Below are positions 11,135 through 24,722 of a DNA stretch of 64,000 bases, piece by piece. This DNA comes from Octopus sinensis (taxonomy: Eukaryota). The stretch is taken from positions 20,336,001 to 20,400,000 of the forward strand of contig NC_043023.1 in NCBI RefSeq assembly GCF_006345805.1. Reading direction: 5' to 3'. Positions within the stretch are counted from its first letter, which is position 1. Every line of letters starts with the position of its first letter. The translations under genes and the position numbers were made by a program. Below the pieces are notes generated by a model. It did not search any database and was not told where the DNA came from. It saw only the letters and a program-made list of their open reading frames with translations.

Positions 11135-11800
11135 GTATTTCGTCTGTCTTTGTGTTCTGAGTTCAAATCCCGCCGAGGTCGACTTTGCCTTTCATCCTTT
11201 CGGGGTCGATAAATTAAGTACCAGTTACGCACTGGGGTCGATGTAATCGACTTAATACCTATGTCTGTCCTTGTTTGTCCCCTCTGTGTTTAGCCCCTTG
11301 TGGGTAATAAAGAAACAGGTATTTCGTCTGTCTTTGTGTTCTGAGTTCAAATTCCACAGAGGTCAACTTTGCCTTTCATCCTTTCGGGGTTGATAAATTA
11401 AGTACCAGTTACGCACTGGGGTCGATGTAATCGACTTAATACCTATGTCTGTCCTTGTTTGTCCCCTCTGTGTTTAGCCCCTTGTGGGTAATAAAGAAAC
11501 AGGTATTTCGTCTGTCTTTGTGTTCTGAGTTCAAATTCCACAGAGGTCAACTTTGCCTTTCATCCTTTCGGGGTTGATAAATTAAGTACCAGTTACGCAC
11601 TGGGGTCGATGTAATCGACTTAATACCTATGTCTGTCCTTGTTTGTCCCCTCTATGTTTAGCCCCTTGTGGGTAATAAAGAAACAGGTATTTCGTCTGTC
11701 TTTGTGTTCTGAGTTCAAATTCCACAGAGGTCGACGTAGCCTTCCATCCTTTCACAGGTCAATAAATTAAGTACCAGTGATACACTGGAGTCAATATAAT
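11135..11800 (+). repeat. Tandem array of headless SINE bodies, 184-bp period
   Basis: GTATTTCGTCTG unit starts at 11135, 11319, 11503 and 11687. Confidence 0.9.
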
Positions 11801-12057
11801 TGACTTTATTCCCCTCCCACAAGCTACCCTTGTGGCAGATATTTGCAATCATTCTTATTAAAGGTGGCGTGCTGGCAGAATCGTTAGCATGCCAGGTGAA
11901 ATATTTAGCAGTATTTCGTCTGCTATATTCTGGGTTCGAATTCCGCCGAGGTCAACTTTGCCTTTCATTCTTTCAGGGTCGATAAATTAAATACCAGTTG
12001 CATTCTGGGGCCGATCTAATCGACTGGCCCCCCTCTCCCTCCCCCAAATTTGTAGAA

Positions 12058-12420
12058 AGGGTTTTTATTATTAATGTCGGAAGAAAATGGACCAATTCTG
12101 AGGTTACACCTGTGAAAAATTAAAAGGTAATATAAAAGGAGAAAGGGGCTCTCTACCTCCCTTTTGACCAGGCTCCCGTGGTTTTCATGGGTTTTTCCAC
12201 GAGTAACCTTTCGAAGCATCTCCCCCTATTGGGAGTTTTATTTTTGTTATATTTTTCGTTGTTATCTTGCATTTTTTACATGGACCTTTCAAACGGACAA
12301 AACCCTTTTTGTAACTTCCGTCCTGTGTTTTGTCCCTTTATATTTTAATTGATTTTTGTTGGCCCTTGTGGCCAATAAACGAGAATTAATTATTATCATT
12401 ATTATTATTCCCCCTATTGG
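12058..12420 (+). mobile_element. 3'UTR fragment of the Tx1-like LINE
   Basis: Reverse complement of 50903-51200. Other copies at 44335-44640 and 61700-61850. Confidence 0.65.
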
Positions 12421-12459
12421 GAGTTTTAATTGTTACTTTCATTTCTTTGTTAGCTACAA

Positions 12460-13040
12460 CCACTAATACTAACTCCTGTACTATACATTTGATAATGTAG
12501 TCCTAGGTACACTAGGCTTGAATAGGAGATGGGATGGTCACAGCTGGAACGTCTTTGATCATAGGTCTGTCTGGATCAAGACTGACCTGGGGCTAAGCAA
12601 CAACTATAGCTACTAACTCCCATACTGTACATTAGATAATGTAGTCCTAGATACACTAGGCCTGAATTATAGATGGGATGGTCACAGATGGAACATCTTT
12701 GATCATAGGCCTGTCTGGATCAAGACTGACCTAGGGCTAAGCAACAACTATAGCTACTAACTCCCATACTGTACATTAGATTATGTAGTCCTAGATACAC
12801 TAGGCCTGAATTATAGATGGGATGGTCACAGATGGAACGTCTATGATCATAGGTCTGACTTTATCGGGACTGACCTAGGGCTAAGCAACAACTATAGCTA
12901 CTGACTCCTGTACTATACATTAGATAATGTAGTCCTAGATACACTATGCCTGAGTAAAAGATGGGATGGTCACAGCTGGAACGTCTTTGATCATAGGTCT
13001 GTCTCTATCGGAACTGACCTGGGGCTAAACAACAGCTACA
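12460..13040 (+). repeat. 144-bp tandem repeat family (GATGGGATGGTCACAGCTGGAAC...GGGGCTAAACAAC)
   Basis: About 4 units. Same orientation at 14620-15050 and 31080-31760; opposite orientation at 63395-64000. Confidence 0.85.
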
Positions 13041-13199
13041 GCCACCTCACACCCACCCACCACAAATACGTCTACTACCACCAAAACATCCGCCACTAAC
13101 AAACACCATATCCATCACACTACTCGCACGTCAATGACACTACTGTACTGCTGCCAATACTGTGGTACTACCACCAACACCATCATCTCTACTATAGCA

Positions 13200-14030
13200 G
13201 CATCACCACCACCACCACCACTATGACTACTGCCACTACTACCACCACCATAACTACCACTACAACTACCACCATAACCACTACTACCACCACCATAACT
13301 ACCACTACAACTACCACCACTGCTAATACTACCACTACTACTACCGCCACCACTGCTGCGGCACAGTCATCTTCTCCCCCTCCCCGTTCCTCAGAGGGGG
13401 GAAGAGGAGAGGGTGAGGGGGTGCAGTAAGAGGAAGTGTGACGCTGGGAGGTGGTTGGGGGGAGCAGCGTGGCTTGGAAGAGTGTTTGTTGTCAAATGTG
13501 TGACGCACAGACAGACGCCGTAAATACAACAACGCCACCACCGCCATGCACGCGCGGTGAAAACAACACCACCACCACCACCGCCACTACTACCACCACC
13601 ACCACCACCAGCAGCACTTACTACTACCACTACCACCACCACTACAACCACCACCACTGCTACTACCACCACCACTACTATTACTACCACCACCACCACT
13701 ACCACCACCACCACCACCAGCAGCACTTACTACTACCACTACCATCACCACTACTACTACCACCACCACTACAACCACCACCACTGCTACTACCACCACC
13801 ACTACTATTACTACCACCGCCACTACTACCACCACCACCACCATCACCACTACTACTACCACCACCACTACAACCACCACCACTGCTACTACCACCACCA
13901 CTACTATTACTACCACTACCACCACTAACCTCACCACCACCATCGCCTCCACCAATCACTACAACTACCGCAGCCACCACCACCACCACCACCACCACCA
14001 CCACCACCACCACCTTATCCTCATCAAAGT
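13200..14030. repeat. (ACT/ACC)n trinucleotide low-complexity tract
   Basis: Direct inspection. Confidence 0.9.
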
Positions 14031-16792
14031 AGTAGTGGTCGGGGGGGTGTGGTGGTTTGTGCTGTAGTAGTTTTAAACACCCTGTTGAACGCTAATCAAC
14101 AGCGTCATCACCATTGACAACAGCAGCAGCACGAGACAGGAGGTGGCGGCGTGGGGGAGGGAAGAGGAGGGGGTGTCGTTATCTTTGAGATTAGCAACTA
14201 CAAAGGAATGCCGAAGGCACTGAGTCAATTTTAGGAATAGAAGGGGGGGGGAGATTATGTAGTATAGGCGGTGGTGGTAGGGGTGGTGGCGGTGGTGGTG
14301 GAGGATAATGTTTGCTGCGACGGCGTCTGTTGTTTATGGGCGCTCCAGTGATGGGTAGTGGCGGCGGCGGCGGTGGTGGTGGTGGTGGTCGGGGCTGGAG
14401 CGCCGCCGGTGGATGGGGGGGGGGGGCAGGTGGTGGTTTGTGACGGTGAGGAGTGACATTGGTTATTATTTTTCAGAGGGTTGCACGCGGGGGTTTGTTG
14501 GCTGGCTGGTTGTTCGGAGTGGTGTTGGTGATCATAAGCGCTCTAGCCGTGACCATCCTGTCTAATTGTGGTGCATGTACTTCTAGGAATACCCCCCCCC
14601 CGGCAAACTGTCCTGGAGCTAAATAACAGCTATAGCCACTAATACTAACTACTATACTGTACATTAGATAATGTAGTCCTAGATACATTAGGCCTGAATA
14701 AAAGATGGGATGGTCACAGCTGGAACGTCTTTGATCAGGACTGACCTGGGGCTACACAACAACAGCAACTATAGCTACTAATACTACTATACTGTACATT
14801 AGATAATGTAGTCCTAGATACACTACGCCTGAATATAAGATGGGATGGTCACGGCTGGAACGTCTTTGATCATAGGTCTATCTGGATCAGGACTGACCTG
14901 GGGCTAAACAACAATTATAGGCACTAAATACTATACTGCACATTAGGCAATGTAGTCCTAGATACACTATGCCTGAATAAAAGATGGGATGGTCACACCT
15001 GGATCATGTTTGATTACAGGCCTGCCTGGATCAGGACTATCCTGGGGCTAAATGATATAAAGTACATTAACACAACCCCCGCCCCCTCGCTTTCACGCCT
15101 ACGGCTCCTCCGCCCTCACCAGACCCTTTCCTTTGATCTTTCTTCATAACCCTTCTCTGGTAGGGGGTGGGGGCCCTCCTGGTTCTCACAGCTTTGTTAT
15201 TAATGTGGGGAAGAGATTGAGGCGTGGTGGGGGTGGGGGAACAGAGTAAGGTCCAAGGGAGGGGCTGTTTGTTGTATTAAGGACTGGAGCTGTGGGTTGG
15301 AAAGAGGGTGGCATGGAGGGGGTCTGGTTTAATGGACTGAATCACCTTTCCTGGGGCTGTTAGTGTTGTCCCTAGAGGAACGCACACAACACTGCCTCTA
15401 CAAGGTCATTTTCCATGCTAGAAAGTACAGCCAAATCCCTCCACAACCGTGTAATCTCTCTCTATATAAAGCTGAAGTTGTGTGTGTGTGGCAGGTTTGG
15501 TAGCCTTCAACTAAAAGTCCAAAGTCTTGTGAGTAGAGTTGGTAGACAGAAGCTGAAGAAGCCCATCGTATACATACATATATACACACACACACACACA
15601 CTGGTATAAGCACATAAATGCGAAACAAGGTGGAAAAAAGAGTACTCAAATACCAGAGGTAGAGTAATATGCTTTATTTAATAAAGTGTGTGTGTCTGTG
15701 TTTGTTCACCTGCCATCGCTTGACAACCAGTGTCGGTGTGTTTACATCCCCGTAACTTAGCTGTTCGGCTAAAGAAACTGATAGAATAAGTACTTACAAA
15801 GAATAAGTCCTGGGGTTGATTTCTTTAACTAACACCCTTACACCCTTTAAGGTGGTGTTCCAGCATGGCCACAGTCACATTACTGAAGCAAGTAAACGAA
15901 TAAAAGAATATATTTATTTATAGGCACAGGAGTGGCTGTGTGGTAAGTAGCTTGCTTACGAACTACACGGTTCCGGGTTCAGACCCACTTCGTGGCACCT
16001 TGGGCAAGTGTCTTCTACTATAGCCTCTGGCCGACCAATGCCTTGTGAGTGGATTTGGTGGACGGAAACTGAAAGAAGCCTGTCGTATATATATATATAT
16101 ATATATGTGTATGTGTGTGTTTGTGTGTCTGTGTTTGTCCCCCTAGCATTGCTTGACAACCGATGCTGATGTGTTTACGTCCCCGTCACTTAGCGGTCCG
16201 GCAAAAAGAGACCGATAGAATAAGTACGGGGCTTACAAAAGAATAAGTCCCGGGGTCAATTTGCTCGACTAAAGGCGGTGCTCCAACATGGCCACAGTCA
16301 AATGACTGAAACAAGTAAAAGAGCATATTTTAATAATAATAACAAGACTAGAGTCTTGTCCATCCACAATATTTATCTTGCATTTATATACGGCATATTA
16401 CAATGACCCTCACGTGGTTCCATGTGTGTTTTCTTGGAAGTCAACAGGCTGAAGGAAGTTTTTTGTTAGATAGTATTTTATAGGAGGTAGTTGTGTTGCT
16501 ATTTATAGTTACAGCAACCTGACCCAGAACTCACTTCCCTTATGGACAGGGCAGCTGGGGGGGGGGGACTTGGTCCTTAAATAGGTCAAGGTTGCCGCTG
16601 TTATTCTTGTAATGTTCTTAGTATGTCTTAAAAGCCCATCAGCCCAACATTGGTTCAGTGTGTGGTGTTTGGATACAAGTAATTTTCAGTTTGTTTAAAT
16701 TCATTTTTTTTTTTTTTAGGGTTTGGCCCCTACTTATTAGATATGTCGTGTAACGTATTCATTTCCGTTGTCTAAAAGTCCAGTTTATTAAT

Positions 16793-17505
16793 GGATCTTT
16801 TCCGTTTGACCGGCAGTTTTTTTCTAGCGGTGTCATATGAAATTGTCACCCATAATTATGACCCTAGTATCGATCTATTGCATTTCAATCTCTTTCAGAA
16901 TTAGGGTTAGTTAGGGGAAGGGTATCTTTTTTTCTTCACAAATGTAAATAAAACCAATCTGTTTCTTCAACGAGGGACATATTCATACGGCACAGAATGT
17001 TTTTTTTTACCTCAATGGACGTCATTGATTGGTTGAAATTTCCGAAATGTAAGAAATTTAACAAGAAATAGCTTACAGACTACAGAATATGGATCTTTTT
17101 GGTTTGACCAGCAGTTTTTTCTAGCAGTGTCATATGAAATTGTCACCCATAATTATGACCCTAGTATCGATCTATTCCATTTCAATCTGTTTTAGGATTA
17201 GGGTTAGTTAGGGTAAGGGGTGGGGAAAGGGTATCGTTTTTTCTTCACAAATGTAAATAAACCCAATCTGTTTCTTAAACGAGGGACATATTCATACGGC
17301 ACAGAATATTTCTTACCTCAATGGACGTCATTGATTGGTTGAAATTGCCGAAAAAAAACAAATATCTTACAAACTATAGAATTTTCTCAATAAAGCCAAG
17401 AGAAAAAGATGTTTTATAAACACATTCTACCAGGATACGAAGTTTAAAAGTGTTTAGTTATGTGGAAATTATTTTTAAAAACTGCCGGTCAAACAGAAAA
17501 GATCC
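16793..17505. mobile_element. TIR MITE with duplicated left ~298 bp
   Basis: GGATCTTTTCCGTTTGACCGGCAGTTTTT at 16793 (again at 17091) versus AAAAACTGCCGGTCAAACAGAAAAGATCC ending 17505; TTAA-like flanks. Confidence 0.7.
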
Positions 17506-18092
17506 TTAATTTGTATTGACACTGCTCTGACAGTATTGCAACAGTGTGCAGTCACTGCAGTGGAAACGTATGTTGGCCAATGTAATATTCTGTAAAATAA
17601 AAATAGGGGATGTACTAAGTCTCCATACTCCTTTTTATTATTGTCATTAGGCGTAGGAGTGGCTGTGGTAAGTAGCTTGCTTACCAGCCACATGGTTCTG
17701 GGTTCAGTCCCACTGTGTGGCATCTTGGGCAAGTGTCTTCTGCTATAGCCTCGGGCCGACCAAAGCCTTGTAAGTGGATTTGGTAGATGTATATATATAT
17801 ATGTCTGTGTGTGTGTGTGTGTGTAAAAAGCACCATCTAATCGTGGCCATTTGCCAGCCTCATCTGGCACGTAAAAAGCACCCACTACACTCTCGGAGTG
17901 GTTGGCATTAGGAAGGGCATCCAGCTGTAGAAACATTGCCAGATCAAGACTGGAGCCTGGTGCAGCCTTCTGGCTTCGCAGACCCCAGTTGAACTATCCA
18001 ACCCATGCTAGCATGGAAAGCGGATGCTAAGCAATGATGATGATGATATATATATGTGTGTGTGTGTGTGTATATATGTGTGTGTGTGTGTG

Positions 18093-18128
<36 letters not shown>

Positions 18129-18144
18129 TGTGTGTGTGTGTGTG

Positions 18145-18180
<36 letters not shown>

Positions 18181-18196
18181 TGTGTGTGTGTGTGTG

Positions 18197-18232
<36 letters not shown>

Positions 18233-18270
18233 TATGTGTGTGTGTGTGTATATATATATGTGTGTGTGTG

Positions 18271-18311
<41 letters not shown>

Positions 18312-18328
18312 GTATGTGTGTGTGTGTG

Positions 18329-18394
<66 letters not shown>

Positions 18395-19140
18395 TGTATG
18401 TGTGTGTGTATATATATATGTGTGTGTGTGTGTATTTTTGTGTGTGTGCTTGTCCCCCCCAACTTCGCTTGACAACTGATACTGGTGTGTTTACATCCCC
18501 ATAACTTAGCGGTTTGGCAAAAGAAACCAATAGAATAAGTACTAGGCTCACAAAGAATAAGCCCTGGGGTCAATTTGCTCGGCTAAAGGCGGTGCTCCAG
18601 CATGGCCACAGTCAAATGACTGAAACCAGAAAGATGAGTATTTACCAGTGAAACCTTGGGGTTGATGTCAATGACTTCTCCCCTCCCCCAAAATGTCTGA
18701 CCTTGTGCTTATAGTAGAAAGGATTATTGCTATTATTATCAAGGAGGACACACAGACACAAACATATACACACATTCTCACACATTCTCACACACACTCA
18801 CATGCACACACACTCACATACTCTCACACTCACTCACACTCACACACACACTCTCACACACACCACACACACATTCACACACTCTCTCTCTCTCACACAC
18901 ACACTCTCACACACACTCTCTCTCTCACACACACTCTCACACATTCTCACACACACACACACACAGACTGAGTTCTATTTATCTCTGAGTTTCCTTTGAG
19001 GAACTGTTTGGGTGAAAAACCACTTCAAATCGAAGATAAAATGATTTGAACATGTCTAAATGAGATTTAACATCTGTTGTCTATCTTTTTAATCTTCCTA
19101 AAAAGCTTACAGCTTACAGGCAATCGTTCTTAGTTCACGT

Positions 19141-19400
19141 TAATCCATATGTCGTAGTGGTTAAGAGCGCAGGATATAACCCTAAGATTCCGAGTTCGAT
19201 TCCAGGTAGTGTGACCTGAATAATAATAATAATAATATCGAAAAATACCTTAGGAATGAGAACCCAGGTTCAAAATTTCCCCAAGACACCTGATGAAGGC
19301 TGGAGGGTATATTGGCCGAAATGTTGTGTTAACAACAAACAAGATGAGGACAAATAGCCGTCAAATGTAAATAATTCCTCGTCTCTTAAATGTAGAACTG
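19141..19400 (+). mobile_element. tRNA-headed hammerhead element (family H1, copy C)
   Basis: A box TAGTGGTTAAGAGC and B box GAGTTCGATTCC, then (TAA)n, then the H1 body. Confidence 0.75.
19286..19329 (+). ncRNA. Minimal type I hammerhead motif (H1 copy C), core intact
   Basis: ACAC-CUGAUGA-A-GGCUG-loop-UGGCC-GAAA-UG-UU-GUGU; predicted cut after 19325 (GUU). Confidence 0.65.
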
Positions 19401-19559
19401 TATTATCTAATCGGTACGGAGCCGGCATTAGACTTCAATGGAGACATATAGAGAAACTCCATCAAAAGCTAGTTTGTCTTTCAAACCATCTAACTTGCCT
19501 GGGTAGATGTAGAGACTCAAAGCTGATACCACCTGGCTGAGAATATAATGACACCAGTG

Positions 19560-19598
<39 letters not shown>

Positions 19599-19629
19599 TA
19601 ATAATAATAATAACGATAATAATAATAAT

Positions 19630-19780
19630 AGTAATGACATCTGAAAATACCTTAGGAATGAGAACCCAGGTTCGAAATTTCCCCAAGACACCTGATGAAG
19701 GCTGGAGGGTGTATCAGCTGAAATGCTGTGTTAATAACAAACAAGATGAGGACAATTATCTGTCAAATGTAAATAATCCA
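19630..19780 (+). mobile_element. Family H1 copy D (headless, tandem to copy C)
   Basis: Motif at 19688-19731 with GAAA-UG-CU, so U16.1 is substituted. Confidence 0.7.
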
Positions 19781-20323
19781 TTTCTTGTTCATTTATATCA
19801 TCCTCATTGTTCAACATCTGCTTTCCATGCTAGCATGGGTTGGACGATTTGAGGACTGGCAAACCAGATGGCTGCACCAGACTCCAATCTTGATCTGGCA
19901 GAGTTTCTACAGCTGGATGCCCTTCCTAACACCAACCACTCCGAGAGTGTAGTGGGTGCTTTTACGTACCACCAGCACGGGGGCCAGTCAGGTGGTACTA
20001 GCAACGACCTCGCTTGAATCTTTTACACATGCCACCGGCACAGGTGTCAGTAAGGCGACGCTGGTAACGATCATGCTCGAATGGTGTAGAATATATATAT
20101 GTATGTATGTGTATATGGTTCTGTATGTATATATGTATGTGTATATGACCATTAGCTCCTACACGCATTTTTTTCTCTCCTTGTTTCTTTTCTGTGTATC
20201 TTTCTGTCAAAGAGCGTAGGCTCGAAACGTAAAAGACTTTTTCTATTTCTATTCCTGAGCGCTATACTATGTTTGTTAGTACTCCACCTGCCTTCGTCTT
20301 TTGTTTATTTTCATAAACCATCC

Positions 20324-20378
<55 letters not shown>

Positions 20379-21277
20379 TGTAGTTATCTCTGACGCTGGT
20401 GGCATGTAGAAAGCACCTTTTGAGTGTTTGGCCCTCACAGAGACAATGTGGCCAATGGTGATGTCATGTAATTAGCACCTGTGTCAGTAGCCTCTTTCGG
20501 GCGTTGGGTCCCACAGGGGCAATGACAAAGGACTGAGACCTTTGCCATTATGCCATACGTGAGAAGACGACCCTTCAAGCCAAGTGAAATTGTAGTCATG
20601 GCAGGTACTAGAGTCACGCCACTGGAACACGTGCCGGTGGCATGTAAGACCACCTGTTGCACTCTCAGACTGGTTGGCGTTAGGAAGGGCATCCAGCAAT
20701 AGAAACTATGCCAAATCAGACGGGGGTCTGGTGCAGCCCCTCAGCTTACCAGCCCTGATGAAACTGTCCAACCCATGCCAGCATGAACAATGAACATTGA
20801 ATGAGGATGAGTGATGACATGTGTGTGTTTGAGTCTGTCCCTCCCCAACCATCGCTTGAAACCGGTGTTGGTGTGTTTACATCCCCATAACTTAGCAGTT
20901 CAGCAAAAGAGACCGATGGTGTTAGTACCAGGCTTATAAAAATTAGTGCAGGGGGTTGATCAATTCAGCTAAGAATTCTTCAAGGTCGTGCTCCAGCATG
21001 GCCACAGTCTAATGGCTGAAACAAATGAAAGAACAAAGGAATATATATATATATTCTTTTACCTGTTTGAGTCATTTCACTGTGGCCATACTGGAGCTCC
21101 GCCTTCAAGGATTTTAGTCAAACAAATCAATCTCACAACATTTCTTAAGCCTCGTACTTATTCTATCAGTCTCTTTTGCCGAACCACTAAGTTACAGGGA
21201 CGTAAATGCACCAACATTGGTTGCCAAGCAGTGATGAAGAGACAGACACAAAACTACACGCATAAATACATACATCC

Positions 21278-21308
<31 letters not shown>

Positions 21309-21656
21309 TATGGCACCTGTGTCGGTGGCACATAAAAAACACCATTCGAGCGTGGCCGTCTGCCAGCCTCGTCTGGCACCTGTGTCGGTGGCACATAAAA
21401 TCACCCACTACACTCTCGGAGTGGTTGGCATTAGGAAGGGCATCCAGCTGTAGAAACACTGCCAGATATGACTGGGCCTGATGCAGCCTTCGGGCTTCCC
21501 AGATCCCAGTTGAACCGTCCAACCCATGCTAGCATGGAAAGCGGATGTTAAACGATGATGATGATGATGATAAATATAAGGGTAGCAAAAAATTCTAGAA
21601 AAATTTTCCGCTACCAGTGGTCTAGTGAGAAAGAATAAATAGTCAAAGACTATATA

Positions 21657-21877
21657 ATATACATTCAACAATATAAGGAATGGCCCTGATAGGCCATTCG
21701 ACTCACTAGAAAGAGCAGCCAAACTCTGAAATTGGAAGTCCAGAGATGAAGAGGGTAAATGTTTTTATTTCTCTTCCAATTTCAGAATTACAACTATTTA
21801 GCGGTTTGAGTTTGGCTGCTCTTTCTAGTGAGTCGAATGGCATATCAGGGCCATTCCTTATATTGTTGAATGTATAT
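21657..21877. mobile_element. Fold-back MITE with 70-bp TIRs
   Basis: 21657-21726 versus 21808-21877, one mismatch; inner 14-bp inverted repeat at 21725-21738/21772-21785; TA-rich flanks. Confidence 0.8.
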
Positions 21878-22793
21878 ATATATATGAAGTTTCAGAAAAT
21901 CTTAATTTTAAAGATTTTTCACCTATAGGTGCAGGAGTGGCTGTGTGGTAAGTAACTTGTTTACTAACCACATGGTTCTAGGTTCAATCCCACTGCGTGG
22001 CACCTTGGGCAAGTGTCTTCTGCTATAGCCTCGGGCCGACCAAAGCCTTGTGAGTGGATTTGGTAGACGGAAACTGAAAGAAGCCTGTCGTATATATGTA
22101 TATATGTGTGTGCGTGTATGTTTGTGTTTGTCCCCCTAGCATTGCTTGACAACCGATGCTGGTGTGTTTACATCCCCGTCACCTAGCGGTTTGGCAAAAG
22201 AGACCGATAGAATAAGTACTGGGCTTACGAAGAATAAGTCCCGGGGTCGAGTTGCTCGACTAAAGGTGGTGCTCCAGCATGGCCGCAGTCAAATGACTGA
22301 AACAAGTAAAAGAGAGAGAGAGAGAGAGTATGCTAGACCACTGGTGTTAAATTGATATTAATCAAATTTATATTCAATTTTTCACCCTTATTATTTTAAA
22401 TTTATATATATATATATATATATAATGATATAAATATTATATATATATCATTATATATATATATATATACCTCACTCAGAGATTTATTATATATATATAA
22501 TATATATATAATATATATAATATATATATATAAAAACTGAAAGACGGGCTTCTTTCAGTTTCCGTCTACCAAATCCACTCACAAGGCTGTGGTTGGCTTG
22601 AGGCTGTAACAGAATATTTTTACTCAAATTACCACGCAGCAGGACTGAACTTGGAACCATGCGGTTAGGAAGGAAGCTTCTCACCACACAGCCCACCTAT
22701 GTATATATGTGTATATATATGTATATGTATATATATATTGGTATATATTATTATATATTATAATATATATATATATATACATAATATATATAC

Positions 22794-23171
22794 CACATAA
22801 GGGACATTAGCCATTTGAATGTGGCTAGGGACAGGGCAGGGCGGTGGGGGTGTTATTGATGCATTTAGCCCCAGGCGATCATCAACGTCACAGGAGGGCT
22901 GACACCATCACAGTGTCCTCTATCTGCAAGGGAGATCATTCCCGAAGAAGCGGATGCCACATACGTTGACGATAGGCAAATACCTGAAACCTGGGTCCGT
23001 ATGTGGCATCCGCTTCTTCGGGGAATGATCTCCCTTTGCAGGATAGAGGACACTGATGGTGTCAGCCCTCCTGGTGACGTTGATGATCGCCTGGGGCTAA
23101 ATGCATCAGTAACACCCCCACCGCCCTGCCCTGTCCCTAGCCACATTCAAATGGCTAATGTCCCTTATGTG
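22794..23171. repeat. Long inverted repeat (172/174-nt arms, 32-nt loop)
   Basis: 22794-22965 versus 22998-23171 are complementary except for a few 1-2 nt indels and one G-U. Confidence 0.92.
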
Positions 23172-23445
23172 ATGGAGCAGTTACTGTCTATATCTCGTTT
23201 AGAGAATTATTATTGCTATATATACATATATATATATGTATATGTATATAATGTAGAAATTTGTTGGCTGGGAAACCACATAACTCTCATTTCCTTCTCC
23301 ACCCCACCCACAACCTCTCTCTCTCTCTCTGTATGTATATGTATGCGTGTGTGTATGTATCTGTGTGGTATGTATATATATTATATGTATGTATAATATG
23401 TATATATATATATATATATATCTGTATGTATGTATGTATATGTAG

Positions 23446-23504
<59 letters not shown>

Positions 23505-23902
23505 AATGCATGCATGCCTATACAGTCTTAGGCGTGTATAGCGTTTGGCAGGCTGGGTAGCTGGCTGGGGGGTTCCGGTGCAGTGCAGGTCACTCTCTGT
23601 CCTATTTACTTTTCTTCTTCTATTGATCTTGGCATCGAAACAGCCTTCATCTCTGGTGCTCTGCTCTCTTACCTGCCGATGCCTCTGTCTGTGTGTCTAT
23701 GTGTGCTTAGATATAGCTTTGCACACATAAATACATATGTACTTATGCCAATGTGTATATGTGTGTGTGTGTGTGGTGTGTGTGTGTGTGTGTGTAAATA
23801 CTACTGTTTGTGTCTCTGTGTGTTTATATACACTGACAGATATTTGATGTGTGTGTGTATATATATATATATATACACACACACATACACCTGTCTATAT
23901 CC

Positions 23903-23944
<42 letters not shown>

Positions 23945-24722
23945 TCACTCATCTATTTATATCTATTTGTGTATGTACACATATATATACACACACACAC
24001 ACACATACATACATATACATCTATCTATCTATATTTTTTATCTACATATAAGTAGCTTGCTTACCAATAACATGGTTCTAGGTTCAGTCCCACTGTGTGG
24101 CACCTTGGACAAGTGTCTTCTACTATAGCCTCGGGCCGACCAAATACTTGTGAGTGGATTTGGTAGACGGAAACTGAAAGAAGCCCGTTGTATATTTATA
24201 TATATATATATGTATGTGTGTGTGTATGTTTGTGTGTCTGTGTTTGTCCCCCCAACATCGCTTGCCAACCAATGCTGGTGTGTTTACGTCCCTGTAACTT
24301 AGCGGTTCAGCAAAAGAGACCGATAGAATATGTACTGGGCTTACAAAAGAATAAGTCCCGGGGTCGATTTGCTCGACTAAAGGCGGTGCTCCAGCATGGC
24401 CGCAGTCAAATGACTGAAACAAGTAAAAGAGAGAGTAAAGAAAGTATTTAAATAATTAATTGCTTCAGATTCACCTTACTCTAATTAAATATTCTAATTG
24501 ACCAGAGATACTCATCCAGTCTTGGTTTTCGCTGTCCTTTTCCCTCTAATATATACCTGCTAACTCGGAAGCCTAATACGGGTCCCTAGATCCAGCCTCA
24601 ACTCTAAATTTGGAACTTAACAGATGACCAATTATAGCACTTAATCAGTGTACCTCTCCATTCAGGTCACTAGTGAACTAAACCCCTCATATTCTTTATA
24701 TATATACATATATACACATATA

